Shown here: in pieces, positions 1-10,611 of the stretch
How the letters are laid out: each line of letters opens with the position of its first letter
Position numbering within the stretch: position 1 is the first letter of the stretch
From: Candidatus Latescibacterota bacterium
GTDB taxonomy: Bacteria > Latescibacterota > UBA2968
Direction of reading: 5' to 3'
Length of the DNA: 64,000 bases
Assembly (NCBI GenBank): GCA_965208125.1
Contig: OZ242320.1
Span: forward strand, 2,688,001-2,752,000
The notes under the pieces: generated by a model
The model's input: the letters and a program-made list of their open reading frames with translations, nothing else
Databases searched by the model: none
What the model was told of the DNA's origin: nothing
Position numbers and translations under genes: made by a program

Positions 1-2028
1 CCGCAATTGCAGGATCGCGGCGTATTGCGAGTTATCGTTAGTGAGGAGCCGATTACCTATATTCCCCGGCAGGCGGAGCCGGTGACCTTGGACTACGATA
101 TTGCCCGTAGTCTGGCCGATGCACTCAAGCTGAAGTTGGAGCTTGTAAAGGCCGATAATTACGTTCAGATGTTGGAAAAACTACTCGCAGGCGAGGGCGA
201 TATTATCGCCTCCAGCTTGACGGTTACGCCAGATCGAGAAAAGATAGCAGCGTTTTCAGTTCCGTATTTATACGTCGATGAATATTTGATTACAGCGCGG
301 GCAGATAGTCTGCCTGAGACAGTGACTGATCTGGCGGGTATGGAGATCAGCGTGCGGCAGTCCAGTTCGTATTATCAGACCTTGATCGATGTTCAGAAGG
401 AGGTGCCGTCTTTACGCATCCACACTGTGTCAGATACGCTCGGTACTGAGGATCTGATTAAAGGCATTGCTCAAGGCGAATACAAAGCGACCTTGTGCGA
501 CGCGCATTTATGGCATGCCATTGCCAATTATTACAACAATCTCGTTGCGCCGCTCGTTGTGGCCGAAAAGCGTCCGCTCGCTCTGATGATGCGCCCAAAT
601 GATACACAGCTCAAGGTCGTGGTGGATGAGTATTTGCTGGCGCATCAATTTACGCGGCATCGTCAACAAACGTTTACCGACGATTTGTCCGGTCTGAAAG
701 AACGTCGCCGGTTGCGGATGATTACGCGCAATAATGCGATGACTTATTTTATTTACCGGGGGCAGCAGATAGGGTTTGAATACGAGCTTATAAAGCGATT
801 TGCCTCGCAGCACGACCTGCGTCTCGAAATTGTCATTCCGGACAGTCATGCCGAACTGTTGCCGTATTTGAATGAAGGCAAGGGCGATGTCGTGGCTTCG
901 GCGATGACTATTACTGAGAAACGACAAGAGCAGGCCGCGTTTACGCAACCCTATAAGGAAGTGAGTGAACTGGTGGTGGTGCATGCGGATGACGATTCGA
1001 TTGGCAGTCTTCGGGATCTGGCCGGGCGGACGATACATGTGCGCGCCAGTTCTTCGTTTTATACGACGCTGATGGCGTTGCAGGATTCCGTCAAAGGGCT
1101 CGAGATTGCCATAGTGCCCGATGACGTAGAGACTGAAGATATCTTAGCAGGGGTTGAAGAGGGTATTTATGATCTCACGATGTGCGACTCCCATTTGCTC
1201 GATATAGAACTTGCGTATGGCCGCCGTCTCAAAGCCGCTTTGAGTATCAAGCCCACGGCATTGGGCTGGGCGGTTCGCAAGGACAATCCGGAGTTGCTGG
1301 CAGCACTTGATGAATATATAAAGAAAGAAAAAGGCGGCTTGTTTTTTAATATGATGAAAAATAGGTATTTTAAGAGCACGCGCGCTGTCGCCAGAGCCAA
1401 AGATTCAATGCGGGTCGGTTTGAGCGGTCAGTTGTCGCCTTATGATGATCTAACAAAAAAATACGCCGCTCAATACGGGCAGGACTGGCGGTTGATTACC
1501 GCACAGATGTACCAGGAATCCAGATTTGATCCAGAAGCCGTTAGCTGGGTCGGCGCTCAGGGGCTGATGCAAGTGATGCCGAGCACCGGGCAGGATTTGG
1601 GTTTTACCAATCTTCATGATCCCCAAGAGAGCATTCACGCAGGGGTCAAGTATATGCGTCAACTAATCAACCGGTTCGATCACAATCTGCCGATGGAAGA
1701 GCGGATTCGCTTTGCGCTGGCTTCCTATAATGCGGGGTACGGGCATGTGCTTGACGCCCGCCGCCTGGCGCGAGAAATGGGATGGGATTCCAACCGCTGG
1801 TTTGGCAACGTGGAAAAGGCGATGCGATTGCTGTCCCAACCTTACTACTACGAGCGGGCGCGATACGGTTTTTGCCGTGGCGGCCAGCCCGTGCATTATG
1901 TTGAAAATATTCAGCGTTTCTATGATGCTTATGTCGAAGTACTGAATACGGCGATACCCGTGAAGGTGACACAACCACTTAGTTCGGGCTTCGTCGGACC
2001 TCCGCTTGCTGCAGAAGACCGTCGCTGA
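1..2028 (+). CDS. mltF: MltF-like lytic murein transglycosylase with two tandem SBP (family 3) domains plus SLT domain; 5'-partial
   Basis: Two repeats of the SBP pattern (GEGDIIASSLTVTPDR / GKGDVVASAMTITEKR); SLT motifs MYQESRF, GLMQVMP, ASYNAG; the frame is open from base 1. Confidence 0.85.
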   Translation, partial: PQLQDRGVLRVIVSEEPITYIPRQAEPVTLDYDIARSLADALKLKLELVKADNYVQMLEKLLAGEGDIIASSLTVTPDREKIAAFSVPYLYVDEYLITARADSLPETVTDLAGMEISVRQSSSYYQTLIDVQKEVPSLRIHTVSDTLGTEDLIKGIAQGEYKATLCDAHLWHAIANYYNNLVAPLVVAEKRPLALMMRPNDTQLKVVVDEYLLAHQFTRHRQQTFTDDLSGLKERRRLRMITRNNAMTYFIYRGQQIGFEYELIKRFASQHDLRLEIVIPDSHAELLPYLNEGKGDVVASAMTITEKRQEQAAFTQPYKEVSELVVVHADDDSIGSLRDLAGRTIHVRASSSFYTTLMALQDSVKGLEIAIVPDDVETEDILAGVEEGIYDLTMCDSHLLDIELAYGRRLKAALSIKPTALGWAVRKDNPELLAALDEYIKKEKGGLFFNMMKNRYFKSTRAVARAKDSMRVGLSGQLSPYDDLTKKYAAQYGQDWRLITAQMYQESRFDPEAVSWVGAQGLMQVMPSTGQDLGFTNLHDPQESIHAGVKYMRQLINRFDHNLPMEERIRFALASYNAGYGHVLDARRLAREMGWDSNRWFGNVEKAMRLLSQPYYYERARYGFCRGGQPVHYVENIQRFYDAYVEVLNTAIPVKVTQPLSSGFVGPPLAAEDRR

Positions 2029-2048
2029 GTCTGCATTCCTTATTAAAA

Positions 2049-2080
2049 CAGGTATTGCTCAAAAAATAGAGCAATACCTG
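2049..2080. terminator. Bidirectional intrinsic terminator between convergent mltF and thiC
   Basis: Perfect 12-bp inverted repeat CAGGTATTGCTC / GAGCAATACCTG. Confidence 0.75.
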
Positions 2081-2109
2081 ATTCCCTTCCTCGGTTTTAT
2101 CTTTCTGCC

Positions 2110-3937
<1,828 letters not shown>

Positions 3938-3953
3938 TCAGCGTTGTTTTGAA

Positions 3954-3982
3954 AATGTAATGAATATATTGGCGTCTGTCAA
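3954..3982 (-). promoter_or_regulatory. Sigma70-type promoter for thiC
   Basis: TTGACA-N17-TACATT on the minus strand, just upstream of the aptamer. Confidence 0.65.
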
Positions 3983-3985
3983 GTC

Positions 3986-4279
3986 GTGACGACTCCCAAC
4001 CGTGAACGTGTTGGGCTTCTTGGCGATTAACCCCGCCTGGGTACATCATCCTGGACCCATGGGCAAAGCAATGTATCTTGTTCACTGGGTAAAAGCAGAG
4101 CAAATAGGCTCTGACCTTCAGGTTTTACCTACACAGGAGGTATGTTTCGTGTAGAACGCCATACCTGACAGCAGTATATTCACACTTTGGAGGTCTGTCA
4201 ATGTTCATTTACGCTAAAGCTATGAAAGGAAGCCCTTATTATCCCACGCCTGAAGGCTGTGGGTTTTACGGGCTATTTG
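3986..4279 (-). mobile_element. Non-autonomous IS200/IS605-family mini-element (left end, internal promoter, structured RNA region, right end); no tnpA or tnpB
   Basis: Minus strand: TTAT|CAAATAGCCCGTAAAACCCACAGCCTTCAGGCGTGGGATAATAAGGGC (left-end hairpin after a tetranucleotide target) and AAGAAGCCCAACACGTTCACGGTTGGGAGTCGTCAC| (right-end hairpin ending in TCAC); no target-site duplication. Confidence 0.75.
4173..4201 (-). promoter_or_regulatory. Near-consensus sigma70 promoter inside the mini-element
   Basis: TTGACA-GACCTCCAAAGTGTGAA(17)-TATACT on the minus strand. Confidence 0.7.
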
Positions 4280-4293
4280 ATAAGGGGAATATC

Positions 4294-4322
4294 TTGACCT
4301 GAAGATGTGAAAATGGTATCTT
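4294..4322 (+). promoter_or_regulatory. Sigma70-type promoter for the thiO operon
   Basis: TTGACC-N17-TATCTT directly upstream of the second aptamer. Confidence 0.65.
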
Positions 4323-4338
4323 TGCAGATTGAAAGAAG

Positions 4339-4411
4339 ACAGGGGTGCTTGCTGTTGCAAGCTGAGATTATACCCTTTGTACCTGATCCGGATCGTGCCG
4401 GCGTAGGGAGT
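4339..4411 (+). ncRNA. TPP riboswitch (thiO operon)
   Basis: ACAGGGGTGCTTGC..GCAAGCTGAGATTATACCCTTTGTACCTGATCCGGATCGTGCCGGCGTAGGGAGT matches the TPP consensus. Confidence 0.95.
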
Positions 4412-4427
4412 TTGTTAGACGGATGGT

Positions 4428-4467
4428 GAGACCACTTTTCGACTCTATGCGAAGGGTGGTTTTTTTT
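4428..4467 (+). terminator. Riboswitch expression-platform terminator upstream of thiO
   Basis: ACCACTTTTCG-loop-CGAAGGGTGGT followed by a T-run. Confidence 0.75.
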
Positions 4468-4478
4468 ACCTTGAGGTT

Positions 4479-5618
4479 GTGATGGCACAAAAGCGCGTGC
4501 TCATTGTGGGCGGTGGGGCAATTGGACTGGCGGTTGGCTGGCGGTTGGCGCGTGCGGGGCTTGCTGTGGCTCTGTTTGATCGGGGCCGCGTTGGGCACTC
4601 GGCGAGTTGGGCTTCAGCGGGTATGTTATCGCCGCTGTCAGAGGTGCAATTCGAAGAGGAAGATCTGTTGCATCTCGGCCTGAAGGGGCTGGCGGTTTAT
4701 CCCGAATTTGTCAGTGAATTGGAGGCTGACACCGGGAGTTGTGTGGGCTATCGCCGCGATGGGGTGCTGCTGGTGGGCATTACGCAAGACGATCTGGAGT
4801 ACTTAAAATTTCGGTATCGCTATCAGCTCGATTTGGGATTGTCTGTTACTTATCTCTCGGGCGATGAGGCGCGGGAACGGGAGCCGCATTTGTCGGCTCA
4901 GGTGAGTGCGGCTGTGTGGTGTCCGGGCGATCATCAAGTGGATAATCGACGTCTGGTGATGGCGTTGAAGAAGGGGCTTGTGGCAGCGGGTGGCGAGGTG
5001 TTTGAAGAGATGGGGGTAGATGAACTTTTGATAGATGGGAAGCGAGTGCGCGGGGTGCGAGTTGGCGAGGAAGTTTGCGAGGGCGATACAGTGGTGTTGG
5101 CTTCGGGATGCTGGTCGCGATTGATACCGGGTTTGCCCGATTGTGCCAGGCCTCCGGTGCGACCTGTGCGCGGGCAGATTATGCGCCTGACGATGACGGA
5201 GGATTTCGCGCTCAATACAATGGTCTGGTATTCGCGGGTGGCGACTTCCACAGTGGCGTATCTCGTGCCCAAGGATAATGGCCATCTCGTTTTGGGTGCT
5301 ACTTCAGAAGAGATGGGGTTTGATGAAGATGTGACCGCGGGGGGGATGTTTGAACTGTTGCGCGCCGCATGGGAAGTGGTGCCGGGGGTTTACGATTTGT
5401 CTGTGGTTGAGTCCGTGGCGGGATTGCGTCCTGGTAGCCGGGATGACGCGCCTATTTTGGGCGAGACGCCTATTGAGGGTTTGATTATGGCAACAGGCCA
5501 TTATCGGAAAGGTATTTTGCTGGCGCCGCTGACGGCACTATCTATTGCCGAAGTGATTTTGGAGCGGCGCACCCCGGCACTTATTCGGCCTTTTGGGATT
5601 GACCGATTTGGATTATAA
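4479..5618 (+). CDS. thiO: Glycine oxidase ThiO
   Basis: GGGAIG FAD motif, ASWASAGML, PVRGQ, GLRPGS, TGHYRKGILLAP; thi operon context. Confidence 0.93.
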   Translation: MMAQKRVLIVGGGAIGLAVGWRLARAGLAVALFDRGRVGHSASWASAGMLSPLSEVQFEEEDLLHLGLKGLAVYPEFVSELEADTGSCVGYRRDGVLLVGITQDDLEYLKFRYRYQLDLGLSVTYLSGDEAREREPHLSAQVSAAVWCPGDHQVDNRRLVMALKKGLVAAGGEVFEEMGVDELLIDGKRVRGVRVGEEVCEGDTVVLASGCWSRLIPGLPDCARPPVRPVRGQIMRLTMTEDFALNTMVWYSRVATSTVAYLVPKDNGHLVLGATSEEMGFDEDVTAGGMFELLRAAWEVVPGVYDLSVVESVAGLRPGSRDDAPILGETPIEGLIMATGHYRKGILLAPLTALSIAEVILERRTPALIRPFGIDRFGL

Positions 5619-5622
5619 ACCG

Positions 5623-5829
5623 ATGCAACTTACAGTAAATGGTCAAGATCAATCAGTGGATGATGCGTCAACGCTGCTCGATTTGCTGATTGAGATGAAT
5701 TTTAACGCCGAACAAAAAGGTATTGCCGTGGCTGTAAATGCCGAGGTCGTAGCGCGGGCGATGTGGGCAGATACGCGGTTGTGCAATGGCGACCGGGTGG
5801 ATATTATTCATGCGGTTCAGGGGGGATAG
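5623..5829 (+). CDS. thiS: Sulfur carrier protein ThiS
   Basis: MQLTVNG...AVAVN...AVQGG with a C-terminal GG. Confidence 0.95.
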   Translation: MQLTVNGQDQSVDDASTLLDLLIEMNFNAEQKGIAVAVNAEVVARAMWADTRLCNGDRVDIIHAVQGG

Positions 5830-5852
5830 CGGGGAATAACAGTGAGGGTATT

Positions 5853-6629
5853 ATGACAGGCGATTTTAAGATAGCAGGCGTAAAATATCGTTCACGGCTG
5901 TTGATAGGCACTGCGCGTTATCCCAATATGCAGGTGATGCTGAAGTCCGTGGAAACCAGTGGCGCAGAGATTGTAACGGTGGGCATTCGGCGGCTCAATA
6001 TGAATGATGAATCTGGCGAGGGTGTTCTCAATTTGCTCGACCGGTCGCGATACACCATTTTGCCAAATACTGCCGGATGTTTTACGGCTCAAGACGCGGT
6101 GCTTACTGCGCGGTTGGCCCGCGAAGCGCTGGAAACCGATCTGATTAAGTTAGAGGTGATTGGGGATGAACGCACGTTGTTTCCAGATGTGGTGGGGTTA
6201 CTCCAGGCGGCGGAGACCCTGGTGAACGATGGGTTTACGGTGCTGCCCTATTGCAATGACGATCCGATTACCTGTAAGAAGCTGGAAGATTTGGGGTGTG
6301 CCGCTGTGATGCCTCTGGGTGCGCCTATTGGTTCGGGGATGGGGATTCGCAATCCGTACAATATTCAGATTATTCTGGATTCGGTGAAGGTGCCGGTCAT
6401 TGTCGATGCGGGGGTGGGAACCGCATCGGATGCTGCTCTGGCGATGGAATTGGGTTGCGATGGCGTGTTGTTGAATACGGCGGTGGCAGGTGCCCGGCAT
6501 CCGGTGAAGATGGCGATGGCAATGAAGAAGGGAGTTGAAGCGGGGCGGTATGCTTTTGAAGCCGGACGGATTCCCAGAAAGCTGTACGCGACAGCTTCGA
6601 CGGCGATGGAAGGGCGGGTGGAAATTTGA
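5853..6629 (+). CDS. thiG: Thiazole synthase ThiG
   Basis: [37 protein letters not shown] motifs. Confidence 0.97.
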   Translation: MTGDFKIAGVKYRSRLLIGTARYPNMQVMLKSVETSGAEIVTVGIRRLNMNDESGEGVLNLLDRSRYTILPNTAGCFTAQDAVLTARLAREALETDLIKLEVIGDERTLFPDVVGLLQAAETLVNDGFTVLPYCNDDPITCKKLEDLGCAAVMPLGAPIGSGMGIRNPYNIQIILDSVKVPVIVDAGVGTASDAALAMELGCDGVLLNTAVAGARHPVKMAMAMKKGVEAGRYAFEAGRIPRKLYATASTAMEGRVEI

Positions 6630-7240
6630 ATTCATTACCACCTCTCTATCTGATTGCCGATCGGGCAACGTGCGGTGATCGACCAATGCTGGATGTGCTC
6701 GCGTGTGCGCTGGATGCGGGGGTGCGGCTGGTGCAGTTGCGGGAAAAAAATCTGGATAGAGATGTATTAGAGGCTCTGGCTGAGCAGGTGTTGTCGTTGG
6801 TGGCGCGTTATGATGCGATGCTGTTGATTAACTCAGTAGCAGATATTGCCGTGAAGATCGGTGCTCAGGGTGTGCATTTGCCAGGTGATGCATTGCCGCG
6901 GGCGGTCCGAGGTCGGGTGGGGCCGTCATTTTTAATCGGCTATTCCACACATACCTGTGTGGAATTAGATTGCGCTGACGGGGCAGATTTTGTGACTTAT
7001 AGCCCCATTTTTACACCGGGGTCTAAACCCGGGTGTGATGGCGTGGAAGTAGGGCTTGCGGGATTGGCAAATGCGGTGGCGCATTCTCGCTTACCCGTTT
7101 ATGCGCTGGGTGGAATTACACCTGATCGCGCAGCCAAATGCCATGCAACGGGATGTGCGGGTGTCGCGGTGATGTCGGGTATTTTGGCGGCGAGAGATCC
7201 GGCCAGGGCGGTACGTGAATTTTTGAAGGTATGGGAATGA
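6626..7240 (+). CDS. ThiE/TenI-family protein, probably a TenI-like thiazole tautomerase
   Basis: VQLREK, GVHL, ALGGI present, but INS replaces IND and GQDD is absent; directly after thiG. Confidence 0.7.
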   Translation: MNSLPPLYLIADRATCGDRPMLDVLACALDAGVRLVQLREKNLDRDVLEALAEQVLSLVARYDAMLLINSVADIAVKIGAQGVHLPGDALPRAVRGRVGPSFLIGYSTHTCVELDCADGADFVTYSPIFTPGSKPGCDGVEVGLAGLANAVAHSRLPVYALGGITPDRAAKCHATGCAGVAVMSGILAARDPARAVREFLKVWE

Positions 7241-8031
7241 AACAAGCCCTGACAATTGCGGGTTCGGATTCCGGCGGTGGTGCGGGCATTCAGGCGGATT
7301 TGAAAACATTTCACGCCCATGGCGTGTTTGGTCTGTCTGCGATTACATCGGTTACTGCTCAAAATACGCAAGAGGTGCGTGCGGCTTGTGATTTGCCCGA
7401 AGAGATTGTCCGCGCTCAGATAAGTGCCGTGTTTGACGATTTTGAGATTGCTGCGGTGAAGACGGGGATGTTGTCTTCGCGTGAGATTGTAGAGGCTGTG
7501 GCCGATGAGTTGACAGTTCGCAATGAGCAACCGCTCGTGGTTGATCCGGTGATGATTTCGACGAGTGGGTTTCCGTTGCTTAAGGGCGATGCGATACAAT
7601 GTATCACAGATCGTTTGTTGCCGCTCGCTACATTGGCGACGCCGAATTGCCCTGAAGCAGAATTGTTGATGCATAAAAAGATAAAAACGCGAGGGGATGC
7701 CGGATTTGCTGCGCGCAAAATTGCCGATTTGGGCGCGTGTGCCGTGTTGGTGAAGGGGGGACATTTGGAGGGTACAGCGGTGGATGTGTTGTGGGATGGG
7801 GCGTGTGAAACGATTTTTGAGAGTGAACGCATAGATACCGGGAATACACACGGGACAGGTTGTACACTGGCATCGGCGATAGCTGCCAATTTTGCGCTGG
7901 GATACGGGTTGTGCGATGCGATAGATCGGGCAAAAAATTATGTTACAGAAGCTATCCGGCATGGTCTGGATATTGGCGAAGGTAACGGTCCTACGAATCA
8001 TTTTTATTTTTTAAATTATACTGACCGCTAA
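7237..8031 (+). CDS. thiD: Hydroxymethylpyrimidine / HMP-P kinase ThiD
   Basis: TIAGSDSGGGAGIQADLKT, DPVM, KGGH, HGTGCT. Confidence 0.97.
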   Translation: MKQALTIAGSDSGGGAGIQADLKTFHAHGVFGLSAITSVTAQNTQEVRAACDLPEEIVRAQISAVFDDFEIAAVKTGMLSSREIVEAVADELTVRNEQPLVVDPVMISTSGFPLLKGDAIQCITDRLLPLATLATPNCPEAELLMHKKIKTRGDAGFAARKIADLGACAVLVKGGHLEGTAVDVLWDGACETIFESERIDTGNTHGTGCTLASAIAANFALGYGLCDAIDRAKNYVTEAIRHGLDIGEGNGPTNHFYFLNYTDR

Positions 8032-8039
8032 CGTCTAAT

Positions 8040-8651
8040 ATGAAAAAAATTGGCAGACTTCACGTCATAACCGATGTTGTTTTGCAAGATCGCTTTTCAC
8101 ACAGTGCGCTGGCGCAAATGGCTGTTGCCGGCGGAGCGGATACCATTCAGTTTCGACAAAAAGAGGGTTCGACGCGCGCGTTGATTGAGACCGCTATTGC
8201 CGTGAAGCATGCGTGTGGTGATGTGCCTTTGATTGTGAATGATCGGGTTGATGTGGCGATTGCCGCAGAGGCCGATGGGGTGCATTTGGGACAAGATGAT
8301 TTTCCCATTGAAAAGGCACGCGATTTGCTTGGGGAAGATGCTGTGATTGGCGGGACGGCAAAGACGCTTTCACAGGCGCATCAGTGTGTTGCCGAAGGTG
8401 CGGATTACATCGGTTTTGGACCGATTTATGCAACTGGTTCAAAGGCAGATGCGGGTATGGTGAAAGGTCTGGAGGGGTTGCGCGAGATGGTCAATGGAGT
8501 ACGTATGCCAATTATTGCTATTGGGGGCATTGGAATAGAAAATGCTGGCGAGGTAATGCGCGCAGGGGCGCACGGTATTGCGGTGATTTCAGCCGTGTGT
8601 TGTCAACCCGATTCCACTGAGGCGACCCAAAGGTTGATGGATCAAATATAG
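8040..8651 (+). CDS. thiE: Thiamine phosphate synthase ThiE
   Basis: VNDRVDVA, GVHLGQDD, GPIYATGSK, AIGGI. Confidence 0.93.
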   Translation: MKKIGRLHVITDVVLQDRFSHSALAQMAVAGGADTIQFRQKEGSTRALIETAIAVKHACGDVPLIVNDRVDVAIAAEADGVHLGQDDFPIEKARDLLGEDAVIGGTAKTLSQAHQCVAEGADYIGFGPIYATGSKADAGMVKGLEGLREMVNGVRMPIIAIGGIGIENAGEVMRAGAHGIAVISAVCCQPDSTEATQRLMDQI

Positions 8652-8659
8652 GTACGATT

Positions 8660-10597
8660 TTGTCTAAAAGCCATTTGATTATTCGCACGCTGGTTCTGAT
8701 CCCGATTTTTGCGGGGTGTCAGCCAGGTGAACAGGTGACAGTTTCGGGTGCGGTTGCAAAGCCGGGTACTTATGTATATCAGTCCGATAAATCGGCGAAC
8801 AGTTATCTCGAAGATGCCGGTGGCATGACGGAAGAAGCACTTCTCGATAGTGCATATCTGGTTCGCGGTTTGGTTGACTCTTCTGGCAAAGAGATAATCA
8901 AAAGTGTGACGATTTCCCTGTTGGAGCATCCAGAAGTTTTGCCCGATGATGTGATTAAAGTGCCAGTTCGCGTTTATGACGTGCGATTGGATACGGTTCG
9001 CGTTTTGCGCGATGTCCGATTGGTTCAAGAGAATCGGATTTTCAAAATTCCCGCGGGTGCCCTGGTGTCTGGGTGGACAGAGCGCGGCGTGCTGGTCGCG
9101 TTGTTACTTGGCCGTGGAAAAGTTTACGAGATGGCTGATACCGCAAAGGCAGTATGGGCTTTTCACTACTTATACGTTCATTTGCATCCCGATGAATACG
9201 ATCGCCTGAGGAGTTTTGCGGGAGATGTGATTGACAGTTTGGAGGCTCTGGAAGATGCACACGCCATCCATACACGCACCAGAACGCAGTTGGATTATGT
9301 GCATTACGCAGGGTTGCAACTTCCGCCTGCGGGTTATTGGCGCGTGTTGCTCGGGATTTTGCTAACGCCCAGGAGTGCATCCTTCCCGGGTAGTGGATTG
9401 CGCCGGCGTCGCTTTGAGGATGGGCGTGTGTGGACGACTTTTCCCAATGGGCGACAACGCTGGCAGTATCCCGATGGGCGGGTGGAGGTGATATTTCCCG
9501 GGGGCGTGAAGAAAGAAACCCGATTTCCCGATGGGCGGGTTGTGTCTGCCGCTGAACTGCAGGTGTCTCGCTTGAAAGATGAGTCGGCGGTTCGCAATGG
9601 TGTAGCCGGCGGCGCAATGGAGGAACGCGCTTCGGAAAGGGTGACGGAGATTTCGGCAGGGATAATACCCGATGGCTCTATAGTAACCCGCAAAAAAGAG
9701 GGAAATGAGCCTGCTATTCAGCCCGATGGATATATGATTGTGAAAGGGGTGGATGGTTCAACTCGAGAAACATTTCCCGATGGGCGAGAGATCGAGAGTA
9801 ATCGCTTTGGACAAAAGATCACCTCGTGGCCCGATGGTCGAAAAGAAGTGCGAATGCCGGTGGCATACAGTTATCCCGGTCCGTTGCGAACAGATCTCGC
9901 GGAGGTCAATCCGCTTCCAGATTCGATTGCTGTAGGTGAAGAACTGACGGTTACAGGGCAGTTACACAGCGAGGTGGAAGATATATCTGTCGCTGCTTTT
10001 ATCGCGCCCGATGGCAATGTGATCAAAGGGGCTGTGCGAAGGCGGGGGCGGCGGTTTCAGGCTCGGTTTCGGTTTGGGGAGGTGGGACATTGTCGCGTAC
10101 AGGTTCAGGTTGTCCTGCCCAGGGCACGCACCTTTACGGTTTCGCACCAGGCTGTGGTTGTTGGCAATCCCGAGAAGTTAGAAGATGAAGTTTTGACAAT
10201 AGCCCCTTATCCAGGCGATGAGGCGGCTGAACAATTTTTGATTGATCAAATTAATGCGGCGCGAAGGCGGATTGGATGTCAGGCTGTACTTCCACATCCC
10301 AATTTGATGCATGTGGCGCGCATCCGCCTCGAGGAAATGTTGGCTTTGGGTGAGGTATCCCACTTTTCTTTTGGAGGATTGGATGTGATGTGGCATGTAA
10401 CCGCCCGACGCTTGCCATTTTCCCAGGTGGGTGAAAATGTGGCAAACGGACATTTTGTCGAAACGATGCAGGCAGGTTGGATGTTAAGTGCGGGCCATCG
10501 TTCAAATATATTGGCGAGACACTGGACACATGTGGGGGTAGCTGTGGCAAAAGATAGGGACCTGGTGTGGGGCGTTCAGGTGTTTGCACGGCAATAA
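8660..10597 (+). CDS. Putative lipoprotein: SLBB domain, central (F/Y/W)PDG beta-hairpin repeats and C-terminal CAP (SCP) domain
   Basis: Lipobox-like FAGC; VTVSGAVAKPGTY..AGG (SLBB); about 9 PDG/PNG units; INAARR..SH..GENVA..WMLSAGHRSNIL..GVAV (CAP). Confidence 0.7.
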   Translation: MSKSHLIIRTLVLIPIFAGCQPGEQVTVSGAVAKPGTYVYQSDKSANSYLEDAGGMTEEALLDSAYLVRGLVDSSGKEIIKSVTISLLEHPEVLPDDVIKVPVRVYDVRLDTVRVLRDVRLVQENRIFKIPAGALVSGWTERGVLVALLLGRGKVYEMADTAKAVWAFHYLYVHLHPDEYDRLRSFAGDVIDSLEALEDAHAIHTRTRTQLDYVHYAGLQLPPAGYWRVLLGILLTPRSASFPGSGLRRRRFEDGRVWTTFPNGRQRWQYPDGRVEVIFPGGVKKETRFPDGRVVSAAELQVSRLKDESAVRNGVAGGAMEERASERVTEISAGIIPDGSIVTRKKEGNEPAIQPDGYMIVKGVDGSTRETFPDGREIESNRFGQKITSWPDGRKEVRMPVAYSYPGPLRTDLAEVNPLPDSIAVGEELTVTGQLHSEVEDISVAAFIAPDGNVIKGAVRRRGRRFQARFRFGEVGHCRVQVQVVLPRARTFTVSHQAVVVGNPEKLEDEVLTIAPYPGDEAAEQFLIDQINAARRRIGCQAVLPHPNLMHVARIRLEEMLALGEVSHFSFGGLDVMWHVTARRLPFSQVGENVANGHFVETMQAGWMLSAGHRSNILARHWTHVGVAVAKDRDLVWGVQVFARQ

Positions 10598-10611
10598 AAG
10601 CGAGGTTTGGT

